Made by a program: the position numbers and the translations under genes | The notes under the pieces: model-generated | Databases searched by the model: none | What the model was told of the DNA's origin: nothing | The model's input: only the letters and a program-made list of their open reading frames with translations | Shown here: in pieces, positions 11,160 to 20,726 of the stretch | Layout of the letters: every line of letters begins with the position of its first letter | Numbering within the stretch: the stretch's first letter is position 1 | DNA from: an uncultured bacterium | Lineage (GTDB): Bacteria > Chloroflexota > UBA5177 > JANWHV01 | Direction of reading: 5' to 3' | Assembly: GCA_963729625.1 (NCBI GenBank) | Contig: CAVSOU010000011.1 | Coordinates: 384,001 to 448,000, forward strand | Length of the DNA: 64,000 nt

Positions 11160-11752
11160 GCGTGTTGCGCCTCCTTTCCCGCTTTATTGAAATGCTGCGG
11201 CCAACCCGCCGGCCGGTAATGATCTTGTTGCTATTCGCTCGCGGAGGCTCATCGGGGCGGTGCACGTCGCTTCGCCATTCTCTGGTCGGCGAAGCGGACA
11301 CGCGCGTGACCAGTACGGGCATGCACATCTTGGAGATGATCCCTTGACAACGCATCTGGCGACCGCCTGAAGCCGAACCGGGAGATGTCGCAGCCTCTCA
11401 GGATCGAAAGCCCGCCTTGCTGGCTGCGACCTCCGCGGTCCGTGGGCTGGTCCTGCCGCGCTCAGCGACTGTTCTTCCAGGTTAACACGACCAAGGTTAG
11501 GCCGCTGAGCAGGGTACGCAGCGAGGGCGTCCCTTGAAAAGTAATCGACGACGACCTGCAGTGCGGTAGATCAAGAAGTCGGCACGTCGTCGTTCCAATC
11601 GGCTTCTGCATTTGATCCGTCACTTTCAGGTCGCGGCGGCATTCTCTGTTTGAGGAGAGAAATCGCTTTCCCACTGCCCGATGGGGGATGGTGGTCAGCA
11701 CCCAACCTGTTACACTTTCGAAAGAGCCACCCGTCTGCGGGCAGGGTACACA

Positions 11753-12553
11753 ATGGATTCGTTGCGCTGGACACTGTCACGACTGGATCTGGCAAGTGCG
11801 CTGGATATCGCGATTGTCACACTTGTCTTTTTCTGGTTCCTCGTACTGACCTATCAGACGCGTGCGGACCAGGTGCTGCGTGGTATTGCCGTGCTCGTCA
11901 TTGCCTGCGCGGTACTGGCATCGACCCTCCAGTTGAGCGTGCTTGGATGGTTGGTGGTGCATTCCTTTCCCGTTCTCGTCATTGCCATCCCGGTCATTTT
12001 CCAGCCTGAGCTGCGACGGCTTTTGGAGCAGGTCGGTCGCACAAGCAGGATCATCAATCACCCGCTCGCCTCGCTTGGTGCGCCCGCGGCCGACCTCACC
12101 GTCGGCCAGATCGTCGCGGCATGCGAACACCTTTCGCAGCAGTTGTTTGGCGCCCTGATCGTGCTGGAGCGTAAGACCGGCTTGCAGGACTACGTTGCTA
12201 CCGGCACCAGGCTCGAGGCTACCGTTTCCTTCGAGCTGTTGGAGGCCATATTCTTCAAGAATGCCGCGCTGCACGACGGTGCAGTCATTATTCAGGGCGA
12301 TCGCGTGGTGGCCGCGAAGTGCGTTCTGCCCCTGAGCGAGAATGAGGGCAGCGCCGCGCACATGGGCACGCGCCATCGCGCCGCCATCGGTATCACGGAA
12401 GTTACGGATGCGGTGGCTGTCGTGGTTTCGGAAGAGACTGGCACGATTTCCATGGCGGTGAATGGCAAGCTCGTCCGCGGCCTGACCGGAGATCGACTCC
12501 GGCGTATGCTGATGGCCTTCTATCGTGCGGAGGAGCTGCAGGTGGTATCGTAG
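11753..12553 (+). CDS. cdaA: Diadenylate cyclase CdaA
   Basis: Three N-terminal hydrophobic helices, IFQPELRR, catalytic LHDGA and GTRHRAA, VVSEETG. Confidence 0.95.
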   Translation: MDSLRWTLSRLDLASALDIAIVTLVFFWFLVLTYQTRADQVLRGIAVLVIACAVLASTLQLSVLGWLVVHSFPVLVIAIPVIFQPELRRLLEQVGRTSRIINHPLASLGAPAADLTVGQIVAACEHLSQQLFGALIVLERKTGLQDYVATGTRLEATVSFELLEAIFFKNAALHDGAVIIQGDRVVAAKCVLPLSENEGSAAHMGTRHRAAIGITEVTDAVAVVVSEETGTISMAVNGKLVRGLTGDRLRRMLMAFYRAEELQVVS

Positions 12554-12554
12554 C

Positions 12555-13925
12555 ATGATTCCCACTCTCTCCGATCTTCGGCAGACTCGCCTCAGTCGTG
12601 AGCGGATTCGCACGTTCTCGTATGTGTTGCGCACGATCGCTCTCGGACGCGTCCCCGGCGCCGACGAGCAGCGCATATCGAGCGGCACGCTCGCCACACG
12701 CTTCCTGATCGCTCTCGTCATGTCCATTGCTCTGTGGTACTACGTTACGGATCAAGAGAATCCTGTGGTGAGAAGCCAGCCTTTCACGCTTCAAGTGCAC
12801 TTCATTACGCCGAAAGGCCTCACCGTGCAGGACCCAAACAAGACCGTAACCGTCACCGCTCATGGCCTGCAAAACACCGTAAACAGCACCCAACAAATCG
12901 TTCCCGTGGCGGATCTGAGCAAAGCGGCGCAAACAGGTGGCGCAGTGACGGTGCCAATCAAGATCACGGGCAGTCGATCGGGTGTCGACTACACTGTCCA
13001 GCCGCCCTCCATCACCGTTCAGCTTGAGGCCCTTGTCTCGCGCACCGTTCCCGTGCAGTTCAATGGCGCCGCCATACTGCCCGCGACCGAGGATCTGGTC
13101 GCGCAGGACCTGTCGCCAAAGGCGCTGACGATATCGGGGCCCTCCCACTTGGTCAATCGCGTGACCAGCGCCACGGTGCAGCCACCGTCCAGCTCGATTT
13201 CGGCGCCCACTACCTCGACGACGGCATTCCAGTATCAATTCACTTCGGTGCCCATTCTCCAGGACAAGCTCTTCAACGCGGTTCCGTCCAACGGGCTGCT
13301 GCTTTCCAGCTCGCGAGTGACGGTGACGCTACAGGTCGGCGTGTTGTACGCATTCAAGACCCTTGCCGTGACGCCCGCGATAGCCGGCTGGCCACCCGAG
13401 GGCTATCTGCTCAATGCGGTTCAAGTCACGCCGCCAACCGTAGCCGTGTTCGGGCCGCCAAACGTCATCAACTATCTGAGTGCGGTTCCCACGACGCTCA
13501 TTCCTCTGCAGTCCATAACAAGGACCACAACCATCACGGCCCAGATCGATCTTGGGTCACTCGGACCAGGCGTCAGCCTTTATAGCCGCAGCAGCAAGGG
13601 TGTTGGCACCTCGGCAGCCACCGCTCAGGTGCTGATCAGCATTTCACCGCAACAGGTGACGAGCACACTTGCGGCCAGGGTGGTCGTGGACAATCTGCGA
13701 CCCGGTCTGCGCGCACTGACTGACGTAGTGTGGGAGGGGGTCACGGTCAAGGGGAACTACGCAGACGTCAAGGCTCTGGGCACGCTTACCGCGCATGTCG
13801 ATGCACGCGGCCGCGTCCAGGGTACCTACAATGTCAGGCCCAGCGTCGTACTTCCTCCGAGTCTCAGCCGCTACACGATCTCGCCGGCGACGATCCACCT
13901 GGTCTTGCTTCCTGTACACAAGTAG
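12555..13925 (+). CDS. cdaR: CdaR/YbbR-like membrane-anchored regulator
   Basis: Single TM (LIALVMSIALWYYV) followed by YbbR-type repeats (P..V.V.GP); directly follows cdaA. Confidence 0.8.
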   Translation: MIPTLSDLRQTRLSRERIRTFSYVLRTIALGRVPGADEQRISSGTLATRFLIALVMSIALWYYVTDQENPVVRSQPFTLQVHFITPKGLTVQDPNKTVTVTAHGLQNTVNSTQQIVPVADLSKAAQTGGAVTVPIKITGSRSGVDYTVQPPSITVQLEALVSRTVPVQFNGAAILPATEDLVAQDLSPKALTISGPSHLVNRVTSATVQPPSSSISAPTTSTTAFQYQFTSVPILQDKLFNAVPSNGLLLSSSRVTVTLQVGVLYAFKTLAVTPAIAGWPPEGYLLNAVQVTPPTVAVFGPPNVINYLSAVPTTLIPLQSITRTTTITAQIDLGSLGPGVSLYSRSSKGVGTSAATAQVLISISPQQVTSTLAARVVVDNLRPGLRALTDVVWEGVTVKGNYADVKALGTLTAHVDARGRVQGTYNVRPSVVLPPSLSRYTISPATIHLVLLPVHK

Positions 13926-13976
13926 GCACCGAGCGCCCGCGAGACACCTCCCAGTCGACGATCTCGTTGCCTTGCG

Positions 13977-14807
13977 CTATCGTGTGGATGGCGCTGCGGC
14001 GCGCGGTTGCAGCAACCTGTCGGTATCGATCGCGGCCAGCTCCGCGAGGTTCTCCACCACAAGTGTAGGCTCGATAGTCGACGTGGTCAGTTCGGCGCGG
14101 GTAGTGACGCCGGTCAGCACGAGCACCGACGCAAGTCCCATGGCAGCCGCCGCGGGGATGTCGGTAACCAAGCTGTCGCCTACGACAATGGTGCGCACCG
14201 GGTCCGCGCCCGCGGAGGCAAGCAGGGTCCTGTAGAGCAGCGGGCCGGGCTTTCCGATGGAGACAGCGGGCTGGCGGCAGGCCGCCTCAAGAGCGGCAAC
14301 TATGGCGCCGGCGCCCGGCCAGATGCGGCCATTTGCGCCAGGGAATTGCGGATCGCGATTCGTAGCCACGAGCGTGGCGCCACGCAGCACTGCTTGCTGG
14401 ACACGCGCAAGCTTTTCGTACGTGAAGTGACGGTCGAGACCCGCCACAACGACATCGGGCTGCAAGCCGAGGTCGACCGCCGCATCGTAGACACGAATCC
14501 CAACCGCCTCCAACTCCGTCTTCAATGCCTCCGAACCGACGACCAAGGCTGTCTGAGGAGGAATGTCCAGGGCACGCAGGTACTCCGCGGTAGCCGACGC
14601 CGAGGTTGCGATGTCCTCTGGCCGTGCGGGCACGCCGGCTTCGGCAATCCGCTCCGCGAACTCCGCGCGAAGTCTTGTCGCGTTGTTGGTGGCGAACAGA
14701 ATGCGGTGACCGGCTGCTCGAAGCGCCGCTATTGCTTCAGCGGCAAACGGCACCCGCTCACGGTCGCGATAGATCACGCCATCAAGGTCGAAAATGAAAG
14801 TGTTCAT
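13977..14807 (-). CDS. HAD-IIA family hydrolase (NagD-like)
   Basis: FDLDGV, TNN, ATNRD, GKP, VGDSLVTD, VLTGV motifs. Confidence 0.92.
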   Translation of the reverse strand: MNTFIFDLDGVIYRDRERVPFAAEAIAALRAAGHRILFATNNATRLRAEFAERIAEAGVPARPEDIATSASATAEYLRALDIPPQTALVVGSEALKTELEAVGIRVYDAAVDLGLQPDVVVAGLDRHFTYEKLARVQQAVLRGATLVATNRDPQFPGANGRIWPGAGAIVAALEAACRQPAVSIGKPGPLLYRTLLASAGADPVRTIVVGDSLVTDIPAAAAMGLASVLVLTGVTTRAELTTSTIEPTLVVENLAELAAIDTDRLLQPRAAAPSTR

Positions 14808-15014
14808 GCGTATCAGGATACCCGGAGCGGCAGGCCGGCCGCGGCCCCACGTCGAATTGTCGTCTCCGCCGCCGCACACAGGCTCCTGATATGCCACTTG
14901 TGACTGCCGGCCACGCGTGTTATGAACAATGCAGCAGCGAAAAGCAGCCGCGGGCGTAGAGGTTGATCAGAGCACGGTAGCCTGGGTATCGCTGACGCAG
15001 ATTGGGTAGAGGCC

Positions 15015-16898
15015 GTGGCCGACGAGCGCGAACTGATCAAGGAGCGCCTGCTCATTGAGACTCTAGTGGGCGAGCGCGTAGCGCTTCGGCGCTCGGGTCG
15101 TAACCTCATAGGACTCTGTCCCTTTCACAAAGAGAAGAGCCCGTCCTTTCTCGTCTCGCCAGAGCGTGGGACTTTTCATTGCTTCGGCTGCGGCGCCGGC
15201 GGCGATATCTTCCGTTTCTACATGCTGATAAACAAAGTGGAATTTCCGGAGGCTCTACAGGCGCTCGCAGCCCGCGCGGGCGTGGAGCTCGATCCCGAAA
15301 CAGCCAGACGCAAGGCCAGCGAAGCACGTGGCTATGACGTGCTGCAGGCAGTGAGCCTCTACTTCCAGCAGGCTTTGGCGGCAAGCTCGGGCAAGAACGC
15401 CCGCGATTACCTGGCCAAGCGCGGGCTCACGCAAGCGACGGTCGAACGCTTCGCCCTGGGATTTCTGCCCGACTGGGGAGACGGCATGCGACGCGACCTG
15501 CCTGCGCGCGGCATAACCGTACAGGAACTCGTGGATGCCGGTGTGCTGCTTGTCTCCGACCAGGGCCTCGAGCCCTTCTGCGCGTTTCACGGCCGGCTGA
15601 TATTCCCGATACGCGACCAGCACGGGCGTGTGTGCGGCTTCGGAGGACGTATTCTCGGCGACGGTCAGCCAAAGTATCTTAATTCGCGCCAGAGCGCATT
15701 GTTCGACAAGAGCGCCGTGCTGTACGCGATTGACAGGGCGGCTGAGGTCATTCGAGGCTCGGGTGAAGCCGTGATCGTAGAAGGCTACATGGATGCCCTG
15801 CGGGCGCACCAGGACGGTTTCAATAATGTCGTGGCCAGTCTCGGCACGGCAATTACCGTGGGGCAGCTCACAATGCTGAGCCGGCTTCGCGGTCGCGACG
15901 TCGCACCACTACGCACGGTGCTGGCGCTGGATGCAGATCCAGCGGGTGCTCGAGCCGCGGCTGAGGCCGGGGTGCGTGCCGTGGTGGCCATGCGCGAGCC
16001 GCAAAGGTCCAGCACGCCAACAGTGGGAAAGGCGCCTCAGGCGCCGCTCGAGCTCCGCATCGCAACTCTTCCGGAGGGCTACGATCCGGATGACCTGATT
16101 GCCGAAGATCCTGGCCGCTGGCGGCAGGCGATCGCCGATGCCAAGCCAGCCATGGATCACCTCTTCGATCTTGTGCTGGGCAGCCTGGATCGGCGGCTTC
16201 CCACGTTTACACAGGACCTCCTGGCCCAACTGCTGCCACTGATCGGTCAGCTACCGGGAGTAGGCCAGCAGCAGCCCTATCTCGAGCGACTACAGACGAT
16301 CACGCACATCGAGACCTCGGCGCTGCGTGGCGAACTGGCACGATTGCGCAGCGAAGCCCGGCGTGGGCGACGGGCTCCCACCGCGCGGCAGTCAGAGATC
16401 GCCACCCTGCGGCAGGCAGCGCAAGCGCGTGACCCACGCGAGGAAATCGAGAACGAGCTGCTCAGGTTCCTGCTCCAGAACATGCCACTCGACGACGAGG
16501 TGCTTCAGGCACTCGATAACCTGCCTCTCCAGTCTGCCGCCCGCGCGATCATTGTCGAAGCCGTCCTGGCAGCGCAAAGCGCGTCGAGATCACCGACCGT
16601 CGAGCAGGTACGCGGGCTGCTCGGACCGGAGGAAACCGAGACGCTCGACCACGTCCTCGACAGTCCACCGCCTCCTCCAGTCGAACGACACAAGGTAGCG
16701 TCGGCGATAAGGGTGTACCGGTCGCGGCTCGAGCGCATCAATCAGAGCGACCGTCTGCGTGAGCAGAGCTCGTTGCTGGATCAGGTAGACAGCCAGACGG
16801 CGCGAGAGCTTCTAGGCCCGACCCGCGATCTGATCGCCTCGCGTCAAGAACTCAACCGGCGCATGCTGGAAGAACAGTCGAAGTATCATTTGCAGTGA
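15015..16898 (+). CDS. dnaG: DNA primase
   Basis: CPFH...HCFGC zinc finger, GRLIFPI, FGGR, KYLNS, TOPRIM VEGYMD and DAD, DPDD. Confidence 0.96.
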   Translation: MADERELIKERLLIETLVGERVALRRSGRNLIGLCPFHKEKSPSFLVSPERGTFHCFGCGAGGDIFRFYMLINKVEFPEALQALAARAGVELDPETARRKASEARGYDVLQAVSLYFQQALAASSGKNARDYLAKRGLTQATVERFALGFLPDWGDGMRRDLPARGITVQELVDAGVLLVSDQGLEPFCAFHGRLIFPIRDQHGRVCGFGGRILGDGQPKYLNSRQSALFDKSAVLYAIDRAAEVIRGSGEAVIVEGYMDALRAHQDGFNNVVASLGTAITVGQLTMLSRLRGRDVAPLRTVLALDADPAGARAAAEAGVRAVVAMREPQRSSTPTVGKAPQAPLELRIATLPEGYDPDDLIAEDPGRWRQAIADAKPAMDHLFDLVLGSLDRRLPTFTQDLLAQLLPLIGQLPGVGQQQPYLERLQTITHIETSALRGELARLRSEARRGRRAPTARQSEIATLRQAAQARDPREEIENELLRFLLQNMPLDDEVLQALDNLPLQSAARAIIVEAVLAAQSASRSPTVEQVRGLLGPEETETLDHVLDSPPPPPVERHKVASAIRVYRSRLERINQSDRLREQSSLLDQVDSQTARELLGPTRDLIASRQELNRRMLEEQSKYHLQ

Positions 16899-17112
16899 GC
16901 TGAGGCGGTGCAGGGAAGCATTCGACTGGTAGCTATTCGGTGGTACGCCCCACTGTGTACCCTGTGTAGTGATCGCCGGCAAGCTGGGACCCGTCTGTTG
17001 GCGCGGCGTCCATACCGACCGCGCCCGTGCTCACGCCCACCGGTTCGGAAAACCTTTTGAGAACGCGCAGGCTCATTGGCCCACGCACCAGGAAGCGTAA
17101 GGAGGAGCTACG

Positions 17113-19041
17113 ATGCCGGAGCGCAGTCGCGCGCCATATGGAACCTGGAAATCGCCTATCACTGCGGACACGGTGGTCGCGGGATCGATTAGCTTCGAAC
17201 AGATCGCACTCGACGGAGACCGAGCATACTGGGTCGAACTGCGGCCGAGCGAGGGTGGCCGTTGCGTGCTCGTCTCCCGGGCGGACGACGGCAGCATCTC
17301 CGACGTCATCCCACCGCCGTGGAATGCCCGCACGAGAGTCCACGAGTACGGCGGCGGCAGCGTCACCGTGGCGGGGGGATCTGTCTACTTCTCGCACTTC
17401 GCGGACCAGCGCCTCTACGTTCTCGAGCCAGGCGGGGAGCCTCGACCGCTGACCGCCGAGGGACTTCGCTACGCGGATGCCGATCCCGACCGCCGCAGGC
17501 GACGGCTGGTGGTCGTCCGCGAAGACCATCGAGACGGGGATCGCGAGGCCGTCAATACGATAGCCAGTGTCGCAATGGACGGCTCGGATGAGCGCGTGCT
17601 CGCGTCGGGCCACGATTTCTACTCCAATCCGCGGCTCAGCCCAGACGGCACGAAGCTGGCCTGGCTGGCCTGGAACCATCCCAACATGCCCTGGGACACC
17701 TGCGAGCTCTGGGTAGCTTCCGTCGACGAAGGCGGCATGCTGGGACAGACGACGTGTGTTGCAGGCGGGCACGACGAGTCGATATTTCAGCCATCGTGGT
17801 CGCCAGAGGGTGTGCTGCACTGGGTGTCGGACCGCTCAGGTTGGTGGAATCTCTACAGGCTCAACGGATCGGGATTCGAAGCGCTGTGTCCCATGGAAGC
17901 GGAGTTCGGCCACGCGCAGTGGGTGTTCGGCCTGGCAACCTATGGCTTCGTCGACGAACGGACGCTCCTCTGCGTTTATGAGCAGAGCGGCAAATCGCAC
18001 CTCGCGCTGCTGGATACAGGCAGCGGTGACTTACGGCCGATCGCCCCAGAGTTTTCGGAGTTCGGACACCTGCACGTGGCTGGAAGAACGGCCTGGGCCG
18101 TCGTGGGCTCGGCCTCGGAGCCGGCCGCTCTGGTGCAATTCAACATCGCCGACGGCAGCTATACGGTTCTGCGATCGTCGAGCGCGACGACGGTTGATCC
18201 CCTGTACGTTTCGATACCCGAGCACATAGAGTTCCCCACCGAGGGCGGCCTTACGGCATACGGATATCTCTACATGCCGCGCAACCGTGACTTCGAAGCG
18301 CCGGCCGGAGAGAAGCCTCCGTTGCTTGTGAAGAGCCACGGCGGACCGACTGGCAACACGTCGGGCACCTTCAGCGCCGGCTACCAGTACTGGACCAGCC
18401 GCGGCATCGCCATCCTTGACGTCGACTACGGCGGCAGCACCGGTTATGGCCGTGCGTATCGCCGGAGGCTGAACGGACGCTGGGGCATCGTCGACGTCGA
18501 CGACTGTGTGAACGGCGCGAAGTACCTTGTGAAACGCGACCTAGTCGACGGCAGCCGCCTCGTGATCGACGGCGGGAGCGCAGGCGGCTACACGACGCTG
18601 GCGGTCCTCACGTTTCGGGACACATTCCAGGCAGGGGCAAGCTACTATGGGGTGAGCGATCTGGAAGCGCTCGCCACCGACACGCATAAGTTCGAATCGC
18701 GCTATCTCGACGGAATCGTCGGGCCGTACCCTGAAAGGCGGGATCTTTACCTGGAGCGATCGCCGATCCGGCACGTCGACGGGTTATCGTGCCCATTGAT
18801 CCTGTTCCAGGGCCTGGAGGACAAAGTCGTCCCTCCGGCCCAGGCCGTGACCATGTACGAGGCAGTTAGGGCGAAGGCGCTGCCCGTGGCATATCTGGCA
18901 TTTGAGGGCGAGCAGCACGGGTTCCGCAAAGCCGAGAACATCAAGCGGGCGCTCGAAGCCGAGTTCTACTTCTATGCCAGAGTCTTCGGCTACGCGCCGG
19001 CCGACGACATCCAGCCGGTGGAGATCGCCAACCTGACATAG
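17113..19041 (+). CDS. S9 family peptidase (dipeptidyl aminopeptidase/acylaminoacyl peptidase)
   Basis: APYGTWKSPI N-terminus, HGGPT, GGSAGG nucleophile, QGLEDKVV, GEQHGFR. Confidence 0.93.
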   Translation: MPERSRAPYGTWKSPITADTVVAGSISFEQIALDGDRAYWVELRPSEGGRCVLVSRADDGSISDVIPPPWNARTRVHEYGGGSVTVAGGSVYFSHFADQRLYVLEPGGEPRPLTAEGLRYADADPDRRRRRLVVVREDHRDGDREAVNTIASVAMDGSDERVLASGHDFYSNPRLSPDGTKLAWLAWNHPNMPWDTCELWVASVDEGGMLGQTTCVAGGHDESIFQPSWSPEGVLHWVSDRSGWWNLYRLNGSGFEALCPMEAEFGHAQWVFGLATYGFVDERTLLCVYEQSGKSHLALLDTGSGDLRPIAPEFSEFGHLHVAGRTAWAVVGSASEPAALVQFNIADGSYTVLRSSSATTVDPLYVSIPEHIEFPTEGGLTAYGYLYMPRNRDFEAPAGEKPPLLVKSHGGPTGNTSGTFSAGYQYWTSRGIAILDVDYGGSTGYGRAYRRRLNGRWGIVDVDDCVNGAKYLVKRDLVDGSRLVIDGGSAGGYTTLAVLTFRDTFQAGASYYGVSDLEALATDTHKFESRYLDGIVGPYPERRDLYLERSPIRHVDGLSCPLILFQGLEDKVVPPAQAVTMYEAVRAKALPVAYLAFEGEQHGFRKAENIKRALEAEFYFYARVFGYAPADDIQPVEIANLT

Positions 19042-19212
19042 ATACGGGTTTGTCGATAGAGCAGGTGCGCAATTAGAAAGGTCACACAACTTGGTGACGG
19101 ACAGACCCGTTCGCAGAAGCCAGCGCCGACGCAGGCATCGGGGAGCGTGAGTTGTGCACGAGCCCCTGGGGGTCGGACGTGAGCCGTACGACTGCCCGCG
19201 GCGATCGTGTCT

Positions 19213-20439
19213 CTACACCGGTGTTGACTGCCATGGCTCGGCTGCGTGCTCCAACGTTTCTGTCGAGCCGCCAGAACGCGCCGCCCCCACGCGTGGTACG
19301 AATGTCGCCATGCCCAACCATGCCGGAACGACGAGAACGGCGGCGACGAGGAACACCCCGGATCCGTGGATGTGATCGTACAGCAGGCCGAACAGATTCG
19401 AGCCGATCACGCTGCTCACACTCATGAATGAGAGGCTGAACAGCGTCTGACCGGTGACGCGCAGCCTGACCGGCACGATGGCATCGACGTAGGCCACGCC
19501 AGCCACGCAGAAGGCGCCAAACCCAAGGCCGTGTAGCGGTTGCACGACGAAAACGAGATGGTAATCTCGAATGGCGGCGTAGGCCAGCCAACGGACGCAG
19601 CACGAGCCAAGGCCGAGCAGCAGGACCGGCTTGACTCCGTATAGCCGAATTACGTAGCCGCCAAACACCATCCCGGCGACCTCGCTGAGCGTCGCCAGGG
19701 CAGTGGCCAGGCCCAAAACATCCGTGCCGGCGCCCAGGTCCTTGAGGTACAAGGGGAAGAAGGTGTTGTAGGCGGCAAAACTTGTGTACCCCACGATGAC
19801 GAGAAGCAGGAATATGCTGACGCGGAGGTCGCTCAGGACGAATCGGAGGCCCTCGCCACGAGCGGCCCGCACAAGGCCTTCCTGTTTTGGCATCGCGAGA
19901 CTGGTCAGAAATGCGACACCTAGCGCGCAGCCGAACGCAGGAAACAGCCACAGGATGTGGTTGCCGAGAAACACTTTGCCAATGACGATCGACGAGATCA
20001 GAAAGCCGGCTGATCCGAACAGGCGCACGACGCCATAGCGGTTAGTCGCGCCTTTCAGACATTCCAGGGTGGCCGCATCGGCGAGCGGAGACGCTGGGCT
20101 GAGCACCACCGCCAGCAAGAGAACGGCGGCCAACAACACACCAAAGGGATGGAGCAACGGGATGATGGGAGCGATTACGGCGCCGCCTCCGAGTGCAAGA
20201 CGGACGATCTGATTGCGCCAGCCGAAGCGGTCGCTGAGCGTACCCCAGACCGCAGGAAGCAACACGGCGGCGAGCGCCGACGTCGATGCAAGCAGCCCAA
20301 TCTGGGCACCGTCGAGATGGATCGCTTGATAGTACAAGCTGACATAGGGGAAGTAGATCCCCATGGAGGAGAACAGGCCGAAGTACAGGAGCCTCATGCG
20401 ACCAGGCCCGCTTCCCCACCGATGCATGATACCTGTCAA
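19213..20439 (-). CDS. MFS transporter (MFS_1-like, nucleoside/maltose permease type)
   Basis: About 12 hydrophobic segments, WGTLSDRFG, YGVVRLFGSAG; start uncertain (20439 TTG or a downstream ATG). Confidence 0.88.
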   Translation of the reverse strand: MTGIMHRWGSGPGRMRLLYFGLFSSMGIYFPYVSLYYQAIHLDGAQIGLLASTSALAAVLLPAVWGTLSDRFGWRNQIVRLALGGGAVIAPIIPLLHPFGVLLAAVLLLAVVLSPASPLADAATLECLKGATNRYGVVRLFGSAGFLISSIVIGKVFLGNHILWLFPAFGCALGVAFLTSLAMPKQEGLVRAARGEGLRFVLSDLRVSIFLLLVIVGYTSFAAYNTFFPLYLKDLGAGTDVLGLATALATLSEVAGMVFGGYVIRLYGVKPVLLLGLGSCCVRWLAYAAIRDYHLVFVVQPLHGLGFGAFCVAGVAYVDAIVPVRLRVTGQTLFSLSFMSVSSVIGSNLFGLLYDHIHGSGVFLVAAVLVVPAWLGMATFVPRVGAARSGGSTETLEHAAEPWQSTPV

Positions 20440-20726
20440 ACCCTGGCTAGCCAGTCATCTTCGGCCGTAACACCACCTGCATTCCAGGTCGTTTCGATCT
20501 TCTGGTAGACCAGCTCGATGTCCTCGAGCTCATGCGCGTCGAACTGATTGAGCTGATCGGGACTTGCCGTGTATTGGGTGTACGAAGCGATACTCGCGTT
20601 CGTGAGCCTGATTGTCATGAACTGCACTCCGGCGCTCACGCCCCCGCCTGATCGTGCGACCGGCCGCCAGAACAGGAAATCGCACTCCGTCAGGTTCTCA
20701 TTTGTATACAGCACATTGGATTTCAA
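20436..20726 (-). pseudogene. hcp: N-terminally truncated Hcp/TssD (type VI secretion tube protein) homolog
   Basis: TNENL..F.FWRP, TIRLTNASI, E.IELVYQKIE.TW..GG..AEDDW match the C-terminal part of Hcp1-family proteins; an in-frame stop lies just upstream within aroA. Confidence 0.75.

Noticed and set aside
11380-11745. Glycine, cobalamin, SRP or c-di-AMP riboswitch-like words (CTCTCAGG, GGAGAG, CCACTG, TCAGGATCGAAAG, AATCGCTT)
   Set aside because: Isolated words only; order, spacing and the other conserved elements do not fit any of these families
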